Shown here in pieces: positions 10,215 to 23,100 of a stretch of DNA of 64,000 bases. The stretch lies in contig NW_013657623.1 of the NCBI RefSeq assembly GCF_000142905.1, forward strand, positions 191,175-255,174, read 5' to 3'. The DNA is from Thecamonas trahens ATCC 50062. Lineage: Eukaryota > Protista > Apusomonadida. The notes beneath the pieces were generated by a model. The model was not told the DNA's origin. It did not search any database and saw nothing but the letters and a program-made list of their open reading frames with translations. Every line of letters begins with the position of its first letter. The first letter of the stretch is position 1. Position numbers and translations under genes: made by a program.

Positions 10215-12474
10215 ATGGCCAAGGGCAAGAAGAGCAAGGACTACTCGTACGGTTCGTACGACGACTACAACTACGATGCCGACGGAACCTGGTTCCGCAC
10301 CTGGGGCAACGACTGCTGTGTCGGCTGGCAGCGGATCTTCCTCTTTGTCACCGGCGTCCTCTTTTTCATCGTCGCCGTTTACCAGGCTTCCCATGCCGGT
10401 GACTACATCAACCGCAACATGAAGAGCACCGACTCCACCAAGGCGAACGCCATCTCCTCGGAGGTCATCTCGTTTGCTGAGGGTGGCTCCCTTGTTTCCG
10501 CTGCCGCCGCTGTACGCTCCCTCCCTCCCTCTCCCTTCCCCTGCCCCTGTCCCAGCTGACCTGACCCAGTTCGTTTCCCCCCCTTGCTAACCCCCCCCCC
10601 CCCTCCCACCACCACTACCCGGACGGTTCGTCCTTCTCCACTTGCCCCTACAGTCCCTACAGCCCCAGCAGTCCCTGCGGCCCCTGCAAGAACCCCCCCC
10701 TCCCCCTCCCCCTTCCCTGCTCTGCTCTACACGGCAAAAAACTTCCGTTGGCGCCAGGCAACCAACCAATCGATCACCCCCACCTCCTCCTCCCTCCTCC
10801 CTCCCCCCTCTCCCCCCACCACTGCCCCCACCACTGCCCCCACCACTGCCCCCACTCTTTCCTTTCCCTTCACCATTCTGTTCCTTCCTCCTTCCCTCTC
10901 TCTCTCCCACCCTCCCTCCCTCCCCCCCCCCCCCACCCCTGTTTTCTCCTCTGTCCCGCACTCGCCCGTGGGTGGCCTTTTTTTCTCCTGCCACGGCCAG
11001 CTCCGCCACCACTCACCACAAACCACAACCTCTGCCTTTTGGACTGCTTGCACAGATCGCGATTGTTTGGCATGTGCTCAAGTGGAACGTTGCCTCGCGC
11101 CACATGACCAACGTTCTTGTCTGCCTCTCGCTCGGGATCCAGATTGCCTGCGTCGGTTTCTTCTCGCGCCAGATGAAGGACAACAAGCCGTCGTCTGGCG
11201 ATGGCGACCTCGATGCTGCTATCACGGGCGCCGGTGCCGCGTCTGTGGTCAACGCCGGTCTCTCGATCTTTGCGCTGGTCTTCCTCCAGCTCTTCGCGGC
11301 CGACTTTATGTCCGCCCAGGGCCAGACCAACTGCTGCGACAACATGGGCTGCGCCACCTCGAACGACTGCGCCTGCGACTGCGGCTGCTTCGGCTGCACC
11401 GGTGGCCGGCTTATTGTCTTTGTGACCGGCATTCTGGCCATTGTTGTGGCCGTCGCCCGTGTCGGCAACTACGCGTCGATTGTGTCGGACCTCTTTGACA
11501 GCAAGACCGTCGTTGGCAACCACACGGCCGATGAGCTGTACGGCAACTACGCGATTGCGCTCATCCTCAACCTTGCTGTCCCCGGCATTGTTCTCCTCCA
11601 CGCCTTTGTGTGGAACGTCAACTCGCAGACGGCGGTGCTTGTTATCGGCTTTGCCGGCATCATCAACGACGCCTGGTCGTTTGTCTACTCGTCGGTCTTC
11701 CTCAAGGAGGAGAAGCCGGCCAGTGGCGCTGACAACGACGATCGCCTTGTCTCCCTGGCCTCGCTCGCCATCGTCTCGCTCGCTTTCTCGATTGCCAACT
11801 GGGTTCTGGTCTGGTTCTTCTCGGACAACTTCTTCAAGCATGACGTCGAGGAGGACGAGTCCGAGGAGGAGGAGGAGTGCTGCGACACCATGTGCTACTG
11901 GATCGGCCGCTCGACTGCGCGCCTCATCCTCTTTGTGCTCCTTGCTGTCGGCCTTGTCATCTACATTGTCCGCTTCGGCATTGCCGGCGACCTCCAGTCG
12001 CGCATCCACGACAGCGAGCTCGACTCGTCCAAGGCCGCGCCCAAGGGCAATGCCGCGTCGCGCTTCCTCACCTCCACCTCGCTCTACGGTGCCCCGATGG
12101 GTGCTGCGGTCACCTTCTTCATTGGCCTCGGCCACATGTGGTTCTGGAACCGCACCACGGCCATCGCTACCTCGGCCGCGTTCATGATCCTCTTTGTCTC
12201 GGACATTGCCTCGGCTGGCTACGGCTTCAAGCAGACGCAGCTGTACAACAAGAACAAGGACACCAGCCCCAAGCCCGACGACAAGTACGTCTCGCTCGAG
12301 TCGTTTGCTTTCATCTCGTCCGTCATTGCCCTCATCGTCTTTGTCGTTGCCATCTTCTTCTCGTGCGGCTTCAACAAGGCCGACCGCGGCGAGCTCCGCG
12401 CCGGCCACGTCGACGACTCGGAGGCCTCGGGCGACGAGTACACCTACGCTACCGCCGACGACTACTCGTACTAA
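10215..12474 (+). CDS. ~571-aa 12-TM protein with three AWPM-19/PM19-like 4-TM units; exons 10215-10511 and 11056-12474
   Basis: Phase-0 intron 10512(GTACGC)-11055(CAG) joins SLVSAAAA|IAIVWHVLKWN. Three internal repeats share R-(L)IxxFV, H-xx-(x)-WN and closing helices. Repeat 3 has GNAA.F...G..H..W...A.G...K....LE.F. Confidence 0.7.
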
Positions 12475-12726
12475 GCCATCTGCAGGTGTCGTATGCTCTT
12501 GTCCGCCGTCGTGGAGCGCCGGTCCTCGGTGCTCCACTGCGATAAACGCTTGCATGCAATGCCTCCCTGCCCGCCCGCCAGACACAGCCTTGCCCGCCCC
12601 GTCACCCTGTCCCCATCCGTGACATGTGCGCTCCCCACCATTCGCCACGTGACTGGTGAAGGTTGTGATCACGGCTGCGATCACCGCCACCTCACCCCCC
12701 CCCCCCCCCCATCCCCCTCCACCGCC

Positions 12727-14535
12727 ATGGCGGGCAAGAAACCGACTCGCGAGCACTGGCGGCCAAACGAGTCTGCCACACACTGTTCCCACCCCGGCTG
12801 TGGCACAGCATTCACCTTCTTCTCCCGCCGCCACCATTGCCGAAAGTACGACCCTTTTCCACCTCCCGCCCTCCCCTCCCCTTCTTCCCCCCCCCTCCCC
12901 CCCCTCCCCCTCCCTCCCTCCCTCCCTCCCCTCCCCTCCCCTCCTCACCCTCACCCTCACCCTCCCCTCTCCTCCACCCATTTCACTCCAACCAGATGTG
13001 GTAATATCTTCTGCTCGTCGCACTGCACAAAGGAGCTTCAGCTGAACCAAGACGCCGAGCCGTGCCTGGCCGACGGCACGTTCTGCAGAGTGTGCGACCC
13101 GTGTCACGCCATCGGCTACTCTGAGGTTCTGCCGCTGTCTGCGGCTGCAGCTGCGGCTGCAGCGGCTACATCGACCGAAGCTGCGGCGGCGGCTGCTGGT
13201 CTTCCGATTGACGCGGCCCATGCGCGACATCACAACCCTTCGCATCCATCGTACGGCGGCCTGCCGGTGGCGATGGCGGTGCCAGTGGATGTCGGCCCGG
13301 CCCGGTTTGCGCTGGCCAACCCTGAGCATGTGCCGAGCGAGGTGGCGACCGACGCCGGCGAGGCGGTTGCGGTGGGTAGCGTCATTGATGACGTCCGCAC
13401 CGTGTTTGACAACCTCAATCTCGTTGCCGAGCTCGTCCATCAGCTGCCGACGCTCGAGGCCAAGTTTGAGGTCGTGATCGAGAACCGGTCTGCGCTGGAC
13501 GCCGGTCTGCCCATCCTCAACCACGCGCTCACGCTCTTTTCCGCGCTCCTCGACGGCGACTCGCTGAGAGACGCCCCGTCGGTGTACAACTACTTTGTGC
13601 TTGCCAGCAAGGACATCGCCGCCGCCATCGACTGGCTCGGCCGCATCGACGACGTTGTTCTGAGCGCACCCATCGCCGCTCCCGCTACTGCTGCGGCAGT
13701 TGCGGCGAACGAGCTCAGCGGTGGGGCCGGCGCCGGCGCCGGCTCTTGCTCCGACTCGGACAGCGAGTCGCACGATCTTGTGGCGGCGCCTGCTGCAGCT
13801 ACGCTCCCGCCGTCGCGCCCTGCTCCCGCCTTTACGCCTGCTCCTCCCGCTGCAGTCAGCGACAACACAACGACCTCGGCTGTTGCTACGCTTGTGGCCA
13901 AGCATGAGGCCGACGTCGAGGCAACAGTGACGAGCCTACTCGGCGCAAGCGACGCCGACCGCGAGGCGCTGCAGCAGCAGCTGCGCTACCAGCGCAAGCG
14001 GCTGCGGGCCGACGCGGCGCGGGTGGCGGCCATGGACGCTTCAGTCCTTGCCGAGGACGACCGGCTCCGGTTCAGCCAGCGGCTCGCGTCGGTTGGCGAG
14101 TACCTCGAAGGCTACGCCGCGAGCGTCCTCGCCGCAGGCTTTGAAGACGTGACCGGGCGCGTGTCGGCGCTGGAGGAGTCGTTCTACAATCTCCTCACCG
14201 CGCTTGATGCGCTCGACTCGAGCGACGAGGCCGGCGCCGCCGCTATCTCGGCCGACATCAAAGAGGCCGGCAAGAAGTATGCAAGCTACCGCTCCGAGCT
14301 CTCGGCCGCCGCCGCCTCGGCCGCCTCCCCCATCACCGCCGACGAGGCCGCCCGCGGCATCGACCGCATCGAAGACCTCCAGGAAAACCTCGCCGAGCTC
14401 ATCCGTACGTGCGAGAAGAAGTTTGGCTCGCTCGTTAACTTTGGACGGACCGGCGGCGACGATGCCTCGTCGTCTCGTCTCCAGTCTGCCCGCATCGTCC
14501 ACGCCCAGGTCGCCGACGACATGTTTCGCCTCTAG
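12727..14535 (+). CDS. FYVE zinc-finger protein with C-terminal helical region; exons 12727-12845 and 12996-14535
   Basis: WRPNES..C..C...F.FFSRRHHCRK|CGNIFCSSHC...RVCDPC. The RRHHCRxCG motif is restored by removing a 150-nt GTACG..CAG intron. Confidence 0.88.
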   Translation: MAGKKPTREHWRPNESATHCSHPGCGTAFTFFSRRHHCRKYDPFPPPALPSPSSPPLPPLPLPPSLPPLPSPPHPHPHPPLSSTHFTPTRCGNIFCSSHCTKELQLNQDAEPCLADGTFCRVCDPCHAIGYSEVLPLSAAAAAAAAATSTEAAAAAAGLPIDAAHARHHNPSHPSYGGLPVAMAVPVDVGPARFALANPEHVPSEVATDAGEAVAVGSVIDDVRTVFDNLNLVAELVHQLPTLEAKFEVVIENRSALDAGLPILNHALTLFSALLDGDSLRDAPSVYNYFVLASKDIAAAIDWLGRIDDVVLSAPIAAPATAAAVAANELSGGAGAGAGSCSDSDSESHDLVAAPAAATLPPSRPAPAFTPAPPAAVSDNTTTSAVATLVAKHEADVEATVTSLLGASDADREALQQQLRYQRKRLRADAARVAAMDASVLAEDDRLRFSQRLASVGEYLEGYAASVLAAGFEDVTGRVSALEESFYNLLTALDALDSSDEAGAAAISADIKEAGKKYASYRSELSAAAASAASPITADEAARGIDRIEDLQENLAELIRTCEKKFGSLVNFGRTGGDDASSSRLQSARIVHAQVADDMFRL

Positions 14536-15016
14536 CAGCTGGCGAGCGGCTTGGCCTTGTCGGCAGCATGAGCGGCGAAAAAAAAGACGAGGCGCGCCGT
14601 CAACCCGAAAAAACATCGCCAAAAAGGGCTCCGCCGGCCTGCCCCCGTTGCCTGTGCGAGGGCTTGCTCTCACTTGAGCCGCGGCCACCACTCGTCTGCC
14701 CGGACAGCGGCCGCGGCAGCGACACTGCAGCAGCTTCCTCGTCACCAGCACCAGGCCCCTCTCCCTCTCCCGCCCCTCTCCTCTCTCCTCAGCGTGCTCC
14801 TCCGCTCTACCTCCCCCTGAATCTCCCGCTACACCACCACCCGTCTCCTCGCCCCGCCGCCACCTGAGTCGCCGAAAACCGACTTTTTTTGCAGCCTCTT
14901 TCGCATTCCTTTTCCGACAAACGCTCTTCGATTCCCAGCCCTTTCCGCTTTGTCACGGTCTGTGTCACGGCACGAGGCCTCGAAAAAATTTGCTCCTGAT
15001 TGACTCGATCGTCCTC

Positions 15017-17122
15017 ATGGCTCTCTCCACTGCCTCGGTCCACCAGGCGAGCGCCTCGCCGCAACATCCGGCCCCCGCCCCCACGGCTCCGTCATCGCCC
15101 TCGCCCTCGCCCTCGCCCTCGTCCGACTCGGTCCGTCGCCCTTCACGCCGTCGCGCCGCCACCGCCGTCAAGTCGTATCGCGAGGACAAGCTCGCCGCCG
15201 CTGCCAAAGCCACAGTCAAGAGCACGGAAAAAGCCTCCGTGCCGCCGTCACGCAAGCGCAAGCGCTCTGCCTCGTCGACCACGGCCTCATCATCGCCCAA
15301 AGCGACTGCTCGCGCCTCGCCGTCTGCGCCTCTCCCCGCATCCGCGCCTGTTGACAACAGCAATAGCAGCAGCAACGCGCCAGCCGGCCTTGCGTCGCCG
15401 TCTCCGGCACAAACACCTGCGCCGGCAGCAGCGACAACGTCGCCGACGCCTGCGGCGCAGAGCACCGAGAACGCTGCTCCCGACGCCGGCCCGCCGCGCA
15501 AGCGCGTCCGAACCCTCAACTCGTTTAAGCTGCCACCGGGCCCGCAGATTGTGCCCCCGGCGTCGGCTGGGCTCTCGGCCTGCCGGCACCTCCACTGCAC
15601 CTGGGCGTCACACGCGTCGACCGCCCCCGCCCGCAAGGCCAACACCCTCATCCACGAGACCTCGTGGCAGAAGCACGAGCGCCACTACTTTCGCCACGGC
15701 TCCTCTTGCGGCCTCTGCTCGCAGATCATCTCCCGCGGCGACTGGCCCATGGCCAGCCCCGCCCGCTCGCCGGGCGCCTCGGGCCGCACCACCTCACTCC
15801 TGCCCTCGCCAACTGTCCGCGCGGCGCTCGGGTCGCCGGGCCGGGCGGCCACCTCGGTCGCCCGCAGCTCGCTGCACCCGCCCCCACTCGCCACTTCGCC
15901 TCGAGGCAACACTGTTGCGGCAGGGCCCAAGCCGGCATCGGGTGCCAAGCGGTCGCCGGCACGCTCAAGCGAGACCAAGCCGCGGTCGCGATCCCGGACA
16001 TCCGGTACCGTCGGCAAGTGCTCGCACATCCATTGCAACTTTGAGTCGTCGCGCCGGCAGAACGTGACCCGGCACGAGGCCTCGCTCCACGCGCACCGCA
16101 AGCACTTTGCCCACCACTCCAAGGCCTGCGCCCGCTGCCACGAGTTTGTCTCGTCAGGTGCATGGCCCGCAGACGGCATCCTCACCCGCGGCACCACCGC
16201 AGCCACCGCCACCTCGGCCATCCGGCGCCAGCGCCTCGCCAACCGTGAGCAGGCTGCCCGCGGCGGCGGAGGCGGCCCCGTCCCCGCCCCTGCCCCCGTC
16301 CCTGCCCCTGCCCGCCTGTCACACCCAAAACCCGCTGCGGTCTCACCGCTCGCATCACCGCGCTTCACCATGGGCTCCAGTTCGGCCAAGCGCCGGTTTG
16401 AAGCCGCAGCCGCCTCCTCGCCGCTCGCCTCTACTCCGGTCCTCGGTCTCGCTGTTGACCCGTTGTCCGAGTCCCCGGCCCGTCCGCGATCTCCCCGCCG
16501 CAAGTCCACCAACTACAAGGCGCTCGTTTCCAAAGTCCTCCGCAAGCTCAACTCCAAGCCGGTCCCGTCTTCGCTCGAACTGGTCCGGCTCGCCTCGCTC
16601 TCCGACACGGTCGTCGTCGACATTCCACCCGACTTTGTCACCCGCTCCGAGGAGCGCGCAAAGACCCGTGCGTACCATCGCCAGCGCTACGGCGTCGCTT
16701 CCAACACAGACTCGGACTCGTCGTCAGACTCGTACTCTGTCGTCGACCGTACGCACACTCTCTCCTCCGCCTCTAGCGCCGCCGCTTCCGACTCGGCGCC
16801 GGGCTTCGCCGCAGACTCGGCTGCTCGCGCTCCGCTTGACCCGGATCGTCCCGCCCCGCCGCCCTTTGCCACCGCCCTTCCGCTGCCGACCTCGGCGTGT
16901 CCCGCAAAGCTCTCGGCATCGTTCCGCGCCCTCGACGGCGCCATTGCAGAGTTTGGCTCGACGCTCCGCAAGCCGGCTCCGCCGGCGCCGCCAGCCCTCC
17001 ACAACCGCCTCGCAGACCTTGAGGACGCCCTCGACTCGATTGGCGACGCTCTCTACGTCCTTCGCGCCTCGCGCCGCCTCCGCCCCCGTCCGCTCGTCTT
17101 CCCTTTCACTAACCAACCCTAG
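15017..17122 (+). CDS. Low-complexity, probably nuclear protein with two copies of a Cys/His zinc-finger-like motif
   Basis: NLS-like RKRKR. Motifs CRHLHCTW..RKANTLIHE..H..H..H..C..C..GDWP and CSHIHCNF..RRQNVTRHE..H..H..H..C..C..GAWP. Confidence 0.7.
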   Translation: MALSTASVHQASASPQHPAPAPTAPSSPSPSPSPSSDSVRRPSRRRAATAVKSYREDKLAAAAKATVKSTEKASVPPSRKRKRSASSTTASSSPKATARASPSAPLPASAPVDNSNSSSNAPAGLASPSPAQTPAPAAATTSPTPAAQSTENAAPDAGPPRKRVRTLNSFKLPPGPQIVPPASAGLSACRHLHCTWASHASTAPARKANTLIHETSWQKHERHYFRHGSSCGLCSQIISRGDWPMASPARSPGASGRTTSLLPSPTVRAALGSPGRAATSVARSSLHPPPLATSPRGNTVAAGPKPASGAKRSPARSSETKPRSRSRTSGTVGKCSHIHCNFESSRRQNVTRHEASLHAHRKHFAHHSKACARCHEFVSSGAWPADGILTRGTTAATATSAIRRQRLANREQAARGGGGGPVPAPAPVPAPARLSHPKPAAVSPLASPRFTMGSSSAKRRFEAAAASSPLASTPVLGLAVDPLSESPARPRSPRRKSTNYKALVSKVLRKLNSKPVPSSLELVRLASLSDTVVVDIPPDFVTRSEERAKTRAYHRQRYGVASNTDSDSSSDSYSVVDRTHTLSSASSAAASDSAPGFAADSAARAPLDPDRPAPPPFATALPLPTSACPAKLSASFRALDGAIAEFGSTLRKPAPPAPPALHNRLADLEDALDSIGDALYVLRASRRLRPRPLVFPFTNQP

Positions 17123-17160
17123 AAACACTCTTGTTTTTTGTCACTCACTCACTCTCTCTC

Positions 17161-20100
17161 TCACAGCTCTGCCATCAGCACCTCGAGCGCGGTGTGCTGC
17201 TCCCGGCTGGCTCCCGACTCGCGCTCCTCGCTCGCCGCTGAAGCTTCGTCGCTGACAAGCAGGGCGTGGACAACAAGGACCTGCTGGAGCAGCTCCCACC
17301 ACGCCTGCCACGCTGCTTGCACACGTGCCTGCTCCGGATGCGGAAGAACTCGCAGCAGCTCCAGATCCGGCGCAGCAAGTTTCTCTTGACCGGCCGCCTG
17401 CCGCGCCCGGTTCTCCTGCATCCAGTTCCGCCGCAGTGCCGTCTTGAGCTTGTCCACCACGTACTCGGCATGGATCTCGTAGTTTTCCTGCACAAGCTTG
17501 GCCTTGCGCACCCCGGCCACGCCTTCGCCTGCAGGGTTTAGCTGCCGCAGCACCTCGCCGCCCAGCAACGTCGCCGCCTCGGCCTTGAGCGCCGCCACGC
17601 GGCTCTCCGCCCCGCCGCCGCGAGCAAGCAGCGCTGTTCCGCCGTTGCTCTCTGCAAGCTTGGCGTTGACAAACTGCGACAGCGGGAGACCCATCTCGCG
17701 CCTACTGCTTGGATCAGGACTCTCGCCGTCACCGTCGGTAGCCATCGCGTCCTCCATTTGTGCCACAGCCTCGCTCAGCAAGTCGTGCTCATCCCCAACA
17801 TCGACCGTGCTGTCACCGCCGACCGACGCGCCGAGGCCGAGGCCACCCACCGACGTCGGCGGGCTGCCGAGGCCAAAGTCGGTCGACGACGAGCCTGTTG
17901 GCAGCTTGCTCAGCCGGGCCACAAAGTCTGCCGGAGACGCACCCGAGAACGACGTACCCGTCCGGACACTCACTGACGAAAACGCCGGGCCGCGGAAGCC
18001 GAGCTTGCGCATCCGCGACGAGACCGAGACGCCCAGCCGCGACGAGCCGGCTGCACCTGCTGCCGCGCGCAACACGCCACTGCTCCCCTTTCCTTCCAGA
18101 TCAGAGCCACCACTGCCGTTCCGCTTGCTCCCGCCGCGGGTGCTACTCCCAGAGCTCACCAACGAGTCAAACGATGGCAGCGCAGAGGCGCTACCTGGCG
18201 AGCCCGGGCGGAGCGAAGTGACGTGACTCGCCGAACCGCTGCCATCGCCACCCTCGACCCTAGGTGCTGGCGCAAATACACTGTCAACAACTCCTGGCCC
18301 GCTCGCCGCCAGCCGTCGGTTGCACTGGGCGCAGCCGAGCTCGCCTGATGCCAGCTGGCCGTGCCACGGTGACGAGCCGCGGATGGCGCCGTCGGCGCCC
18401 ACAAGGCCCGCACCCTCGATGAATGGGCGGAGCAGGTGCAGGAGCCACTCAAGCTTGGCCCGTCCTGCCTCTAGAAGGGCAACACACGCGACCGACGACG
18501 GAACAACAGCCTGCGAGACACTCGCCGCCGCCACTGCCATCGACGGGCCAGGCAGCGGCCGCGCGGCGTGCCAAACCTCACGGATAACCAACGGGTCATT
18601 GACAAGCTTGCGCTTCTTGAACGCAATCTCCGGCGGCACCTTGCGCGGCTCATCACCGAGCGAGTACTCGAGCTGGTGTGTCGCAGTCCGGAGCCCCGCG
18701 TACGGGCCCACGAGATGTCCGTCAACTGAGCTCTCGCCGTCGGCCGACCGGAACGAGACGAGCGCAAACCCGTGGCTCGCGCCCTCCACCCCACGCAGCG
18801 GCGTGACCCACGATGTACCGGCGCTTCGACTTCCACGCATCGTCCGCTCGCCCGAGACCAGTGCCACCGCGTCCGGCACAAGAACTAGCGGCTTGCAAGA
18901 GACCTGGCTCTGTGACGCTATCAGCGGGTACACGTACAGCCCGCGCTCCGGAGAAAGCTGCGAGCTCGCCTCCCGGGCTGGGAGCACCACCGTCACGTCC
19001 ATCGACGCCCACTTGGACCGCATTCGCATGCCAAAGGCCTCGACCGACTCGTCCCATGCTCCGCGAACCACGTGCCGCGAGTCGCGGAGCGTCGACGGCC
19101 ACCCGGGACCGGCGAGGACTACACCGAACAGCCTTCCACCTATCCGCGGCACGTGTGCCGACCGCCACGCACACGCGCTTGTCCAGCGCGCCATCTGTAG
19201 CGACAGTGCGAGGTTCGCCTGCTGCTCAAAGCCGCGTGTCACTCTTCGGAGCACCCGCTGTGCCGCGTCCCAGTGTCCACCAGTCACCAGCGCGCTTGCG
19301 CCACGGACCATCACCGCCTGCGCACGCGCGCCCGAGATCGGCACCTCGCTCAGCGACGGAAGCTCAGCCACCCGCCCGCGCCAGACGTCGACCACCCGTG
19401 CAGTCGCAGCGACGCGGTCTTCGGCTGCGGCTGCGTCGACAAACAGCGCTTCAAAGACCAGCGTGTACCCGATGACTGCCGCCGATGCACCCGCAGCGAG
19501 GTATACATGCCGAAGGAGCCGCACCAGCGTCTCGTACCCGCCGCATGCACGGGTCTGAACGTCTGACGGGGCGTCGAGAATCGAGTCGACCATGGAGTAC
19601 GCCACGTGAGCCACCAGCTCGGGCCCAGCACCCGGAGCAACAAGCGCCTCGAGCATCGCCCCTTGGGCCTCGACACGGGCGCCGAGCTCTTGCAGCCCGC
19701 GCTGGAGATCGGTCACAAAACCGGGCCACGAGCCGCCGCCGGCACGGACGGCTACCGGCGCATACCCGCAAAGAAGCGCGAGCCACGACGACATCTCCGG
19801 TGCTTGGCTCACGCTCCGGAGCTTGCGGACAACTGCTAGCCAGGCCTCGGTGGTAGCGGCTACCGAGGCACCCGGCCGAAGCCATGCCCACTCGTCAGGG
19901 AGAACCAGCCGCTCTCCGTCGTCGCCGGCACCGGCTGCCGCATCGTCGAGAACGACTGGCGCGAGATGAGCAAAGACAGCATGAAGCGCGCTGCCGAGTG
20001 CTGTCGGCCGCCCGCTTCCCACCGCCTCGTTGACATGCAGCGCGAGAGCAAGACTAAACGCAGCATCGACCATGGCGTGGTCCCAAGCATGTGGCCTTCC

Positions 20101-23100
20101 AACGCAGCCTGAATACTAGCGGCAAGAAGCTGCTCAGCAAGGCCCGGTCGCGATCGGAGCACGCCCTGTGAGACGAGAGCAAAGAGGCCCGCGAGCGCTT
20201 CCTGACGATGCGCAAGCGTGCGCTGAGCCAGAGCGTACTCGGCGTGGAATGCAACGGCGGAGAGTAGCGAGTCACCAAACAGTGACGGGCTCGCCACCCG
20301 GAGCTCGGCCGCTTGCACTTGTGCCACCAGCAGCTCGACAAGCGCGTCTAAGCACACCGCCTGTTCTCCTGGCACGCTGCGGCTCATGAGCGACTGGCCA
20401 TAGTTGGCGAGCAGGAACATCGTGAGCTGCAAGCCGACAAGCGTCACCTGCGCCATGCCCGGGGTCGAGATCGCAAATTTCGAGTTAAACCGCAGCGGGA
20501 GACGGAGGAGCTCAACGAGAACAACAGGCCCGAGATGAGCGAGGCCCGACGGGTCCCTGCTTCCAGCACCCGTCCACGCCTCACGGACTCGCGCTGGCAC
20601 CGCTGAAGCGCCACTGAGAACCTCATTGCGCCACGCGCGCGAGTCTTCGAGGCCGCTACAGAGCCCGTCGATAAAGTGCGCAAAGAGCGAGGCCGGGCCG
20701 GCACTGGCAGCAGTGCTCATCGAGAGGCGGACAACAGTCGCCTCGACAAGCGACGCTGTCGCTACAAACAGTGCGTCGAGCGAGCCAGCAAGGCCAACCG
20801 ATGAGAGCCAGTGTGCATCGGCCATGACGACCGACGTCGAGCTAGCGAGGCGAAAGATGGCAACGCTGAGTGCAGCGAGGAGCGTGCCCAAGTCGCTGAT
20901 GACGCCCGCGGTAGCGCGAGGCTCGGCTGACGGCGACGCCGCTACGCACGCAACCCGCTCGTTGAGGTTGGCGGAAAAGCCCGCGCCGAGCGCTGCCACA
21001 ACATCCGCCAGCGGCGCGAGCGTCAACACCAGCAAGTGCGTCGACGCCGAGTGGAGGAACTCCGAAACAAGGCCGATGACGTCGTGCAACAGCAAGGCCT
21101 GTACCGCAAACTCATGCGGCGCGAGCGAGTCAAACTTGGACAGCGCATAGCCATGAGCGATAGCCTCAAGCACCGCATGCAGCCCATTGAGCCGCTCGAC
21201 CTGGAGATCACCAGGCGCGCCGTGGTCCTCAGGTACAACGAGGGAGGTGGGGAGCAGTTCGCGCCAGAGCGCCGCAACTTCGGATGCCGGCAAGACAGCG
21301 AGTACGCCCGGATACATGCGCGATGCGGCGCCAACGGCAGTGCTCAGCTCGGCGAGCTGAGCAGCAGCGAGGTGGCGGTGGTCGGCGCGCCACACCGAGT
21401 TGGCGAGGCCATGGCCAAACGAGGAGGCCAACGTTGCCCAGTAACTTGCGTCGAGCTCGTTGGCAAAGTGCGGGGCCTGGCTTGGCGCGGCAGCCAGCGA
21501 AGCGCCAAGTGTGATCATGTAGCCAATGACGGTAGCAGCCGAGTGCCACTCGGGCGCAGCCGTGCCCGCATCGCTCGAGGGCTGTGCGAGAGGCTGAACC
21601 GGCGAGGCCGGGCGCGCGCCCTGGCAGACAAGCGCAAGTTTGGCGTCCAGATAGGCGCGAAGAAAGGCTGGGTCGAGACACTCCCACACAAACGAAACAA
21701 AAGAGTCCTGTAGCGCCTCGGATGCCGCGTGCGGGAGGGTCATGGCAAGGACGAGCGAGTGGAAGACAGCAAAAAGCGCAGTGAGCGCCCGGGGCTCGGC
21801 GGGATGGGCGCCCGAGTTGGTGGCGAGGTCGTAGAACTCGTTGATGCGGTAGGTGAGGAAGCCGTGGAACTTGTACAGGTCAAACGGGGATGCGTTGTGT
21901 AGCAGACGCCCACCCGATGCCACCAGTGTGGCCAGCTGGCCTGGCCCGATTTCGGGCTCGAGGAGAAAGTGGACGTTTGCGTCGTCAAGCACCTCCCCCG
22001 AGACCACATGGACGGCGAGCATGAGCGGCGTTGACCAGCCGGTGGCGACCGAGCCGGAAGGAGCGCCCGGCGGTGGGACACCGAGGTAGTACGGGACGGT
22101 CGTTGTCGGCTCTTCCTGCAGCGCATGGGCACACGCCGGTGTGAGGTCGGTCCTGTGCGGGGCACCTTGCCACATGCGATGTGGCGATGGCGCCGGCGGA
22201 CTGCCCGGGTACACAACAAGCTCGTACTCATTGTCGGAGCGCATCTTGCCCTCACCAGCGTAGAGGTTGAGAAATGCATAGGCAAAGGTGGTCGATCCGG
22301 GCATGGGCTCGCCGGCGGGAGCGGCGGAGGCCGACGAGCTCGGCGCCACAAAGCGGAAGAGGAGATGGGCGGAAAAGTCAGCGAGCGAGACCGAGGGAAT
22401 GTCAAACTCGATCATGTGGTTGGCCTCGCGGGTGGCGCGGGTGACTGGATATGAGCCGACAATGACCCAGCGCGAGGCGCCGTCGATGGCGGCGGTGGAT
22501 CCTACGCCGTGGGCGAGTGACGACGCCGAACGGTTGAAAGCTTGGCCGAGGAGAACGACGAGTTGAGGTTCGGCGACGGACTGCCGTCGGCGGCAGAGTC
22601 ACGCGCGACAGCTCGAAACGGCGCACCCGATCCGTCGAGCAGAGCGCATGTAATCCAGAACACTTGCGGGATGTCAATGTCGCCAGACTGAAGAACAAGC
22701 GACATCATGGTCTTCATGTGGAGCGTGACGTAGAGGTTGTTGCGAACATGCGGCGGAATGACGTCGTCGGTCTCGAGCGCCATCGACGAGGTCGGGTAGT
22801 ACGAGACAACCTCGCAGCAGTCTTCGAGGACGACGCCCTCGAGGGCGGCCGAAGTCGGGACGACACTTCCGGCCTCCATGGCGCGGGCGGCAGCGGCTAG
22901 CGCCTTGTCCATCACTTTGGTGGGAAGGAGCGAGCGGGCAAGGGCACCGAGCTGGAGCGTGCCGTGAGCCGGAATGTCAATGCCTGCGGCGGCGACTTCG
23001 GGCGTGATGACCGGGGTGGGGAGTTGTGGTGGCGATGGAACGAGGGTAAAATGGAACTCAAGCGGGACAAAGAGCGCCTCGTCCGAGAGGTGCGCATAGA

